From Eledone cirrhosa (lineage: Eukaryota): DNA of 64,000 bases. Of the stretch, positions 51,325-62,146 are shown in pieces. The translations under genes were made by a program, and so were the position numbers. Numbering within the stretch: the stretch's first letter is position 1; each line of letters starts with the position of its first letter. A model generated the notes under the pieces. The model saw only the letters and a list, made by a program, of their open reading frames with translations. It did not search any database and was not told the DNA's origin. Location of the stretch: positions 245,520,001-245,584,000 of the forward strand of contig OZ024740.1 in assembly GCA_964016885.1 (NCBI GenBank), given 5' to 3'.

Positions 51325-51409
51325 TATCTCTACCCTCGGCGGTTTCATTCCATTTTTGGATATATCCGATCTTGGATAAATCAACGAGGTTGGAAATCAT
51401 CAGGAGATA
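51325..51409 (-). ncRNA. Type I hammerhead ribozyme motif
   Basis: Minus strand: TATCTC-CTGATGA-(T)TTCCA...TGGAA(T)-GAAA-CC-GCCGAG-GGTA|GAGATA; perfect 6-bp stem I, U.U at the base of stem II. Confidence 0.7.
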
Positions 51410-51599
51410 ACTCAATTGGACAAAGATTTTTCTTACATGATCCTCGCCAGAAACGAATTCAAAATGGCTAAGAATCATCACGTGGCTAGTGGTCAAGGCA
51501 GAAAGTTTGTGATTGGTGCTTGTCGGCGAGTAGGCTGGTTGCTAGAAAGCGCAGCCGAATACTGCCTAAAATTTTACTCAACCTTACGGAAGTATATAA

Positions 51600-52080
51600 A
51601 ATTTAAAGGGTATATTCACACAAACTATATATATAATTCGTTGGATTTTCCGATTGGATTTTCACCTCAAAACTGGATACCAACTCGGAGTACACCTGAA
51701 CTTCCACCAGGAAATCTTTCGTATCATTGAAATTTTCTTTGCTTCTTGCAGTTAAATATTCCACGACTCTCTACCACTTTTCCTCGACTACAATCTTCTT
51801 ACACCACCTTCTTCTTCTCACCCGTCTATTTTTCACTCACACCCTAGTACCTTCAATATATCCAATCTCAAATTTTTTCTCCCCCAGCTCCATTCTACAT
51901 GAATGGACCTGTTATTTTTATCTAAAGACATTTTTTCCAATTCCATCCCACCCGTCCCCTCAATCTATCTTATTTCTCATTCTTTCCTCTGATAAAAGAC
52001 TAGCGTCCGAAACGTTAAAACCCTCTTCCTGCTATATTAAGCGTTAACCTAATATATCCCTTCCATATACTGTACCGATT
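51600..52080 (+). mobile_element. Possible Penelope-like 3' end/pseudo-LTR remnant
   Basis: C/T-rich tail with a decayed minimal hammerhead core CTGATAA-AAGAC-TAGC-GTCC-GAAACGTTA at ~51989-52017. Confidence 0.4.
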
Positions 52081-52327
52081 GTGTTGTTATATATATATAT
52101 ATGTAAACATGTATATATATATGTGTGTGTATACACATATATGTATATGTATGCATGTATGTGTATATAAATACAGTAGTCTCCCAGTATTCACAGGGGT
52201 TACATTCCTAGAACACCCGCGAAGAGTGAAAAACCATGAATACTGGATGTGGTCCATAAAAATGCCTATAAGCGTCAAAATATAATCTGCAGTATGTATA
52301 ATATAATTTATTGGCTAGTTGGTTAAA

Positions 52328-52456
<129 letters not shown>

Positions 52457-53879
52457 TACATACACACATCTAAAGATAGAGAGAGAGACAGAGAGAAAGA
52501 GAGAGATAGACCATTATACAGAGAGATTAGCAAGAGGAAGGCAATGACAGCAACCGTGACAATAACAACACCAGTAACAACAACATATATATATATACGC
52601 CATCATCATACCAGCAATCACTACTACTGCCACTACTAATAAGAAATCATCAGTATACGGGTCTTATGCTTATTCTCTATAACAATTGTGTTTATTTCAA
52701 GCAAGGGAGTGAGAGACTCTATGCGGTTGCTTGACCTGCTGGAGGTGGCGTGGCGGCCAAATCTCTTTCAGGTCACACCACAACATCTTGAATTGAAGGA
52801 CTCTTATATTAACAGCTTCGGGCCCAGTTTGGTGCCAATCCTGTACTAAACGGGGTGGGTTCCAGGGGGAAATATATGTCGGGATTGAGTGTACGAACTT
52901 TCAGTTTGACATTTTGTTCATGATCACGCTTGACACGTGTATTATGAACGCATCACATACTTGTTCCTTTTTCCTCCACAGTCTCTCTCTGACACTACTC
53001 GGAACTCTCCAGTTTCAGATTCCTCTCTTCTGTGCTGTAGCATCTTTCGACTCTAACTTTGCATTTTTGTCGAATTTGGGTGCTTAATAGATAACATAGA
53101 AGTAAAGATCCTATGCACACGTAGAACAGACACAACACTCAAATTTCAGGGCTCTTTTTTCAGTTTTCAACTTCCTCTTTCCTACTTTTTAGTGATTCAC
53201 TGTTCTATTTTTGCACTGTTATTGAACTTGCTGCTTTGGGTGCCTGGATACACACAACATTCATCTCAACATCATGCATACATTTACCCACCAACACAGT
53301 TTACAATCCTCTGTTCTAGCTCGCTCCCAACCTTCTATCCTGTGCGGTGCAGGCATCTCTTTTACATATCCATTTGATGGAAGACTTAACGTCCCGCACC
53401 CCTGAATTCAATGCCCACCTCTCCTCAACCCTCCACCCCACGGGAGGTTGACCGGTGCCACTCGTACGCCACGTGCAACAGACACAAGAGAGGAAGGAAC
53501 TTGTAGTAAGACGCCTCACGCCCCCTAGCGGATAATGGACCAGGCCTAGTTGTCTCCCCCTGGTGGAGAACACCGAGGTAACCAGCAGACAGCCACGGGA
53601 AAGCAGACGGCATACACGACACAGAAAACAGCCCCTATACCACGAAACGATAAACAGCCAAGGGAACAGCAAACACCACAATACCTTTGTAATTGTAATA
53701 CTTCCCTTCACCACATCTGGATCACGTATATATTTGGTATGTTTCATTTGTAATATAATAAACACATATAAACAAAATAAACATCACCATTATTTACATT
53801 TGTTGAATATAACTCTCGTTGTGGTTATTGTCTTGTTTACGCACACACCCACTCACTTGTTATAATTCTCACTTACAAA

Positions 53880-55940
53880 AATGCTCCATCTGCAACAGCT
53901 TCTTCCACCTCTCTTGCGTCAAGCTCACAAGACATGCGTCGGACTCCTTGCGCTTGTGACTCTGCCTATCATGTCTATCCACCCCGACAACACAGGTGGT
54001 CATGGGCGCCTGACCCAACAGGGACCTGAGCCCACTCGACTCGGACGGGTGGAGTGTCTGGTGGTGATCCCCCGCTTTGGGAAGTCGCGGAGAGTCATCA
54101 CCAGGATACCCAGGTCTGCCCACACTCCTGTGGCTGAAGTGCTAACGACTTTAATCGACCAAGCAGACTGTTCAGTTTTGCCACTCTCATACTCGGAATC
54201 CCTTTGGTGGGGAACCCAATAGCGAGAGACAGATCTGACCCATCCCTGGCTTCAAGGCTCAAGAGCAATGTCACCTCTTTCTGCGACCCTTCATCCGCGA
54301 GCCTCTCGGCACTCTCATGCCGCCCACCAGTGCCAACACAACAACGCCACTCCACCCATGACAGTACGAAACGTCTCTGGCACAGAGACAAACTCAAACT
54401 AATTGAGGGCGTCGTTTCGGCGGCTGTTCGTGTGCTGGTCTCAAGCAACGCTGTACTGTCACCAACACCGGATGTTTTGTCAGTGTCTTGCCTCAAACAT
54501 CCGAACCATCCTGCCGACATCAGGGATGCTCCAGCTCCAGCCAGCAATCTCTCCCTGGCAGCTCCCAGCGAGGACATGGTAGCCACCCTAAGATGTTTTC
54601 CTGGTAGCAGCAGTAGTGGAGTAGACGGCTTGCACCCTGGTCACCTCTGAGACTTCATTTCATCTCACGTGGCGGAAGCAGGTGCCTGACTGCTCCAGTC
54701 ATTAACAGCTCTCACCAACTGTCTCCTCCGCGCCAACTTGTCCAGCCATGCCCACGATCTTTTCTTCTCAGCCAGCCTGGCCACCCTGAGGAAAAATGAC
54801 GGGGGCGTCCGCTCCATCACGGTGGGTAACGTCTTCCGACGAGACTGTCAAAGACGTCCTGAGCAAGGCGCTAAGCCCTGTCCAGCTTGGAGTGGGAATC
54901 AAGTGCAGTTGTGAGGCCACAGCTCATGCAGCCAAACACTATATAGAGCACGCACCTCCTTCGTCACCTCACCTCCTCATAAAGCTGGACATGACTAACA
55001 CCTTCAACAGCGTTAGACGGGATCATGTCCTAGAGATATGCCTCAGACGAGCCCCCAGCTCACTCATGGCTGCCGACAACAGGATTACCTCCGCCACAGG
55101 TGTCCAGCAAGGGGACCCACTCGGCTCGCTCCTATTCGTGCTGGCAGTCGACGAGGTAGCCCGGTCAGTCCAGTCACCCCTCAACGTCTGGTACCTTGAC
55201 GAGGCGGCCCGGTTGAGACGATAAACCTTTGACAAATCATCCCAGCTCTAAAGCTCCTCGGACTTGATCCCACTCTTTCCTGACCGGTGCCTGGCTGAAC
55301 CCCTCAAGGACGCCGCATGCATTCTTGACTCCCCTATTCTCCTTAAAGCCATAAGAGAATGCTTGGAGACCAAGCACTTGGATTTGTCCCGATTAGCTCT
55401 TCCTCTTGAGGAACTGTTTCACCCTCCCAAAACTCACATTCATGCTACGCAGTGCACCTTGCCACCCTCCCGCAGATCTTCTTGGGGAATTGACGCCACC
55501 ATCTGCAATGTCAGTTTCGACAACACAAGCTGGCAACAGGCGACACTCCCAGCGAGGTTTTCTGGCCTAGGCCTCTGATCAGTTTCAGACCGAGCTTTAC
55601 CTGCCTACCTCTCCACCTGTTACGCTCTCGTCAGCGAGGTTCTCAGCCAGATGGCCGAACCTGACCTGGCCCCTTAATGGAACAGGCTCTGGCCTACCGG
55701 ACAGGTGTAGGCCTCTCTATCCCCCAGCATACCACGGTCCAATGTAACTAGGACGACATCAATTGCAGATCCTCGGTCAGGCAGATCGAGTCTGGCTTGG
55801 ACCAACACCGCCTCGCCTGCCTCTGCTTCTCAGCCCACCAGCGGTGCCCTCCTCATCAACCGGTACTCTTCTTGGTGAGTGCACTTGCATCGGAGTAGCC
55901 CAACGCCTTGGCCTCCACGTGTGTGAGCCATATAAATGCC
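53880..55940 (+). mobile_element. Decayed CRE-clade non-LTR retrotransposon
   Basis: RIPRSA, LKHP, SSGVDGLHPGHL, LRKNDGGVRSITVG, QLGVG, KLDMTNTFNSVRR, GVQQGDPLG.LLF, WYLDE, QATLP...GLGL, RLGL..C; GC-rich, frameshifted. Confidence 0.85.
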
Positions 55941-55964
55941 ATACATACACACACACACACACAC

Positions 55965-56267
55965 ACACAGATAGCGAAGTCAATGTTTTCATAATGACGT
56001 AATGCAGACAGACAGACATACAGGGAGATATTATAAGGGCGCGACGTTATAGCTATGTATCTATCTAAAAAGACAGACTAAGAAAGAGAGAGAGATCGCT
56101 AACCGGCGCATAATGCGGTCATTAGGGCATTGAAAATTTGAAATATTTTTTGCTCAAAACACTCACACGACCATAAGTATTATATGTGTAAAGTTTGAAA
56201 AAAATCGGTTGGGTGGTTCTCGAGTTTTAGGGGGACAGACAGACATTCTCTGTTTTAGATATATAGA
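55965..56267 (-). mobile_element. Helitron 5' fragment
   Basis: Similar to 58290-58588 and 60400-60680. Confidence 0.7.
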
Positions 56268-56922
56268 TATATATATAATTATATATTCGTGGACAAATAT
56301 TTTTGCATACACAATAACAAAATATAAACAAACGTATTTATTTCACGAGGCTTGATAAGGATAAATATATATCAAATATATAAGAACACTAGAGCAAATA
56401 TTGTTTTCTCATCATGCCACAGAAGTACGGAAGTAATGCGTGTGTGTTACAACCAATATCATTTTTCAAATCTTTAAAATGTTGATATTGGTTATAACAC
56501 ACGCGCATTTTTTTTTTTTTTTTTTTTGGCACCCTCCACCACGTGAAATAGTGGCAGGATAGATGCCAACCTACACACACAAATTCTTCTGCAACACACA
56601 TAGCAGCACACTAAAGCTGACCTGTCAGCTGATCCCTTAACACCACTACCACTACCAACACAATGGAGGAGGTCAGCTACACTTAAACAAAAAACAACTA
56701 CAACAGATTATCTTGCCTCAGAAAAATTTCTATAGACTTTTGACTGAGGAATGTTCTCACAACCGACCAATGGGATGACGCCAAAATTCGTTTGTTCTAA
56801 CCCATATGATTCTAGTTCCTCAGAGAAATAACAACACAACAAGGAGCTGGACATATCGATGTATTGACGGAGTAAAACACACTTCAACAACATATGTAGC
56901 TGTCTTTCCCACACCAATTCGG

Positions 56923-56979
56923 ACTGCCTGAAGAGGTCACAGCCAATGATGGCAGTCACCGAAATATATATATAGCAGT
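56923..56979 (+). ncRNA. Type I hammerhead ribozyme motif with palindromic stem III
   Basis: Stem I ACTGC/GCAGT, CTGAAGA, stem II GGTCAC-A-GCCA-ATGA-TGGC-A-GTCACC, GAAA, self-complementary (AT)5 stem III, AUA cleavage site after 56974. Confidence 0.8.
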
Positions 56980-57132
56980 ATATCTATAATTTATAATAAA
57001 CGAAGCCAAATTTTACATATTTGACTTAATTATTTTACATTACTCCGGAGTAAACAAACCAACCTGCGTACTTCGTCGAGTGCTCCAATCTGCATACTGA
57101 GGTGTCGGTAAACAACCAACATATACTCAATG

Positions 57133-57237
<105 letters not shown>

Positions 57238-57600
57238 TATATATATACATATATACACATACGCACAGATAGCGAAGTCAATGTTTTTCATAATGCAGAC
57301 AGCCAGACATACATAGACATATTATAAGGGCGTGACGTTATAGTTATGTATCTATCTAAAAAGACAGACTAAGAAAGAGAGAGGAATGTCGTATAACCGT
57401 AAGTGTTGACATTTGAAATTTTTAAAGAAGAGAATATTTAAATAATATCTTTAATCTTTTAACCAAATTTAGTAGACAAAAATACCCTCACTTTCTTACT
57501 TGGAAAAAGTTACATCTATGGTGCAAATTTGGTGCTGTTTGGTTCAGCCGTTTGGCGAAAAGTTTGTTACATACATACGGCCGTCAGCTTTATTAGTATA

Positions 57601-58204
57601 CTAGCAGTGGTACCCGGCGTTGCACGGGATAAGGTATTTTGGAAGGCGGGCCGCCAATAGACCTAATCGTGGAAAAACTGCATGCCTCGACAATATGTAA
57701 AGAAAATAAACCGAATACTCTGATGGCTGGATAATCTTTAAGATTTTCCTCGGTGAAGCAGGAAAAATGCATATTTTCACCTAATGCGGCCCTAGAGGAT
57801 CAAGAAAATGAATTTTTTTTATGTGCATAATATGCCTTGAAATTTCGGGAAAATCGGCTAGACATAACGCCTCCAAAAAGCCCTAAAAAACTGAAAAAAT
57901 GAAATGTTTAACCTAATGCGGGCCCTAAGTTGGATTTTCTTTGCTTACGGTATGAAGAAGAGACTGACTAATATATAATTACAATTTCAAGGAAATCGGT
58001 CTGACGTAACGCCTCAAAATCCCCTAAAAATATTTTAAAACGCAGTTTTTCACCTAGTGCGGGCTCTAGGAGATAAAAAAAAAGTTGAATTTTTTAGGTG
58101 CATAACACTCTCTGAAACATAAGTAATACACATGTAAAGTTTGAAAAAAATCGGTTGGGTACTTCTCGAGTTTTAGGGATTCAAACTCACAGACACAGAC
58201 ACAC

Positions 58205-58268
<64 letters not shown>

Positions 58269-58588
58269 ATACACACACACATCCTCAGGGAAGTGACGTA
58301 ATGCAGATAGACAGACAGACAGACAGACAGATATTATAAGGGCGGGACGTTATAAGTATGTATCTATCTAAAAAGAGAAAGACTAAGAATTATAGATAGA
58401 GATCGCTAAATCGCCTAATGCGGTCCCTAAGGCATTGAAAATTTGAAATTCTTTTTGCTCAAAACACTCCCTGAGACATAAGTATTACATGTGTAAAGTT
58501 TGAAAACAGTCGGTTGGGTGGTTCTCGAGTTTTAGGGATTCGAACTCACACACACACAGACAGACATCCTCAGTTTTATATATATAGA
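57601..58588 (-). mobile_element. Non-autonomous Helitron
   Basis: Minus strand A|TCTATATATATAAAACTG ... CCCGTGCAACGCCGGG..CTAG|T; internal sub-repeats and (CA)n. Confidence 0.85.
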
Positions 58589-59118
58589 TTATGTATACTA
58601 ATATATATATTATGTCAGGTCACTCTTGAGTGCTACTGGTAACATGTAACCCATGGGTGGCAGTAGTTCTAGCTGCACGCATCGAAAAACTGGTGTAGTG
58701 GTTCTGAGAACAATGCGGCTTTACAGAGGATTAATGCAAATTGACAATGGAAAGGGGCTCCCGCTCGAGTTAGAAGAGAACTATTGACCTTCAGGAGAAG
58801 CAGCGACCCCTGGTTGTATTCAGCAACCGAAACAAATATGAAGTACACCAAATTTAATGCTCCCTCCCGGGGGCGGCCCTGGTTCTTCTTATTTGTAAGT
58901 GTAAACTCAGCCATAAATATATATATATATATACAGGTGACGATGTGTCACCGGCAAGGCACAGCTTCAAATCGGGCCGTTTGTTTACAAACGGCCCGAA
59001 CATTATTATTAATATTCGATATTACCTATACGTACAAATGTATGTGTATATATGTGTATGTATATATATATATGTGTATATATATATATATGTGTATATA
59101 TATATATGTGTGTATACT

Positions 59119-59156
<38 letters not shown>

Positions 59157-59168
59157 CATATATATATT

Positions 59169-59200
<32 letters not shown>

Positions 59201-59429
59201 TATATGTAGAGGTTATATTTAATTTGTTGGGATACAACAAGCAAAATATTTTTATAACTGATATACAGCACTCAAGAAATTATTGGAGTAAATATACGAT
59301 ATATTAAATGGAAACTATATTTATAAAACCATATTTATTTCATTATACATATTTCAAGGGCCACCAGAGCAAACTATGGTGCGATTTCATCAGATAAAAT
59401 ATAATATAGGTTAGTTTTATAAATAAATA

Positions 59430-59865
59430 TTGACTAGAGCAGACAGAGATAATAATTTCGATATCACTATGGGGTCATCGGATTCCGCCCAAATAAAGGA
59501 TCTTGTGGGGCTTTTTATTAATAATACTCTACATAGGAAAATACCGGAGATGACCGGAGGTTTATATCGCGACGACATGCTATTACTTATAGAAAATAAT
59601 AATAACTGTGAAATAAATAGGAAAAGAAAAGAAATTATACAATTTTTTAATTAGCTTAATCTTAAAGTAGAAATAGAGAATAATTATAAAATAGTTAACT
59701 TTCTAGATGTAACTTTAAACCTTAACACAGGTCTTTATTATCCATTTCACAAAATAAACGAGAACTTAAACTACGTTAATTTTAATTCAAATCACCCCAG
59801 ATCCGTTAAAAACACTATAGTAAACTCTGTGCAGCAACGTATTTCTAGAATTTCAGCTAATAAGA
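59430..59865 (+). mobile_element. Penelope-like element RT fragment
   Basis: FDITMGS.DSAQ..DLVGL, GLYRDD, VNFLDVTLNL, YVN..SNHP..V......QRIS. Confidence 0.85.
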
Positions 59866-60680
59866 ATAAGAAAATACACCTAAAAAGCTGAAAATGCGGG
59901 CCCTCGGGGATCAAAAAGTTGAATGTTTTATGTGCATAACACTCCCTGAGTAACTTCTGTTCTCGTAAAGGCACGTAAGTAAGCAACACTGTGAAAACTG
60001 AAGCTATTATAGCGATGTTTTTCTTTACCGGCTTTAATTTTAGTGTTGTGTGAAATATATAACCTGCAAACCTGATTTTTGTATCGCAGCAGGATCGACT
60101 TTATTTCACTCGCTCCACTAAAAGTTGTATTTTCTTTGCTCACGGTATGAAGAAGAGACTGACTAATACACAGTTACCGGCTTTCATTTTTAGTGTTGTG
60201 TGAAACATATAACCGCCTTAGCTAGCTTAGTATTGCCACAACCACGGCTGGCGAAGAAGTAAGGGTCTGGTGGTACGTAAGTAAGCAACACTCTGGCTTA
60301 AAACGTGAGGAAGAAGTTGTGTGCACTTACCAACTGTTTGGGGCAGGAGATTTGTCTTGAGCAAGGGTGGCAATATAACCGGAGGCAGCAGACAGCCAGA
60401 CATACAGACAGATATTATAAGGGCATGACGTTATATGTATGTATCTATCTAAAAAAAAAAGACTAAGAATTATAGAGAGAGATCGCTAAATCACCTAATG
60501 CGGTATCTAGGGCATTGAAAATTTGAAATTTCTTTTGCTCAGAACACTCTCTGAAACATAAGTATTACATGTGTAAAGTTTGAAAACAGTCGGTTGGGTG
60601 GTTCTCGAGTTTTTGGTATTGAAACTTACACACACACAGACACACAAACAAACAAACATCCTCAGTTTTATATATATAGA
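59866..60680 (-). mobile_element. Helitron copy interrupting the Penelope-like element
   Basis: Homologous to 57601-58588; 5' TC at 60679-60680 abuts a CTAG end. Confidence 0.75.
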
Positions 60681-61458
60681 CTAGCAGAAAACCAGCCGGT
60701 GGGCGGTTTTCTGCTAGCAAATCTAGTGTATATACTGATATTGTTGAGATTTGGATGAGAAATGTTTTCGGCACCACATGTTCACCGTCTCTCGGTGTGT
60801 CTTTTATGCATGTATAAATATATATGTTATCTATACGGTGAAATCTTTGAAATAAATATATGTTAAAACGAAAAAGGAGAAAAAGAGATTAGTGACGGAA
60901 ATATAAACGTTATGATACATAAACGTTATGATATAACGATGGAAATATATAAACGTTTACGATAAAACGATGGAAATAGAAACGTTTATATATAATGATA
61001 AGCCGAAACACTCGTAAGCCTTAACACTCGTAAGTCGAAACACTCGTAAAGCGAAACGTATAAATAAAGATTAATGTAATGAATTTGAAAAGCATAGAGA
61101 TTTGAAACCGCGTCTATTTGTTTCCTTGGCATTTTTTACAGACGGACAGACAGACAAACAAACAGAGAAATGCCCATTATATATTATAAGTAGATGAATT
61201 TGAAAAGCATAGAGATTTGAAACCGCGTCTATAGGTGTGTAAATTTCAGACGGACAGACAGACAGAGAAATTGCTGGTTATATATTATAAGGAGATAAAT
61301 ATACACACGGCGTCGGACGTAACTATTTTATCTCAATTTTACAAGCAGAAATAACTTTATATTCAATACTAGAATGTGTATTATCTATGAAATTTGTTCT
61401 TCTTGATGCTTGAATTAATGTTTATATTCTAAGCTAACATTATTTTTAAAGTTTGTTA

Positions 61459-61579
61459 ATTTGTTCTGACGAGAGTGTATATATGTAGATAATTTCATGT
61501 TAAATGTTTGGATTCATCCCGTTCCATTTTGAACTCATACCAATAAAATATTTGGCACTTGAAACGATTGTAAATGAAT
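61459..61579 (+). ncRNA. Type I hammerhead ribozyme motif with long stem II insert
   Basis: ATTTGTT/AATGAAT stem I (two G.U pairs), CTGACGA, GAGTG...CACTT, GAAA, near-palindromic ACGATTGT, GUA site after 61572; downstream of the Penelope RT fragment. Confidence 0.7.
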
Positions 61580-61712
61580 AAACGTATTTAATAAGTGTAA
61601 CTTGATTCTCCTCCTTTAAACTCTGATTTAGTGGTTATCACATCTGCTTAACATTCAGAAGGCCGTGACTTCGAAACTCGCTGGAACCTTTGTCTCCTCT
61701 TTTGTGAAGTTG

Positions 61713-61859
61713 TGTGGCTGAGTGGTTAGAGAATTGAATTCACAATCGTGAGGTTGTGAGTTCGATTCCTGGACGGATGATGCGTTATGTTCTTGAGCAA
61801 GACACTTTATTTCACGTTGCTCTTTCTACCTGGAGTTGCGACCGATAGATAGTATTAGC
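61713..61859 (+). mobile_element. 5' part of a family-1-related SINE, interrupted by the Gypsy LTR
   Basis: TGGCTGAGTGG A box, GAGTTCGATTCC B box, CTTGAGCAAGACACTTTATTTCAC. Confidence 0.75.
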
Positions 61860-62133
61860 TGTGGTTAGAAAAAGCTACCTCACTTACCACTTTTCATAGG
61901 CGCCGCTAGATCCCATTGCTGGTTTCTCCTCTTCCACGTGCGTACAATCCAACTCGTTAAAACTGGGAGCTGCAAGCCTCGCGTCCACAACGTTCCTGAC
62001 CACCGCTAGAGAGAGGCCGACCTGCTGGCCCTTCCGGTCGAGCACCCTTCCGTCCAAGCACCCTTCCGGTCAAGCACTCTTCCGGTCGAGCACTCCCCAG
62101 CTTCCGGCCACCGCACACCACACCATACCCACA
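61860..62133 (-). mobile_element. 3' LTR of the Gypsy element (274 bp)
   Basis: TGTGG...CCACA termini; purine tract AGGGGGGCG immediately upstream on the minus strand; internal GAGCACCCTTCCGGTC-like repeats. Confidence 0.75.
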
Positions 62134-62146
62134 CGCCCCCCTGATC

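Noticed and set aside
53380-53645. GC-rich segment as a solo LTR or CRE 5'UTR
   Set aside because: No clear paired termini, TSD or homology within the window; left unassigned.
58740-58800. Minus-strand hammerhead (CTGAAGG core)
   Set aside because: No GAAA after the putative stem II and no convincing stems I/III.
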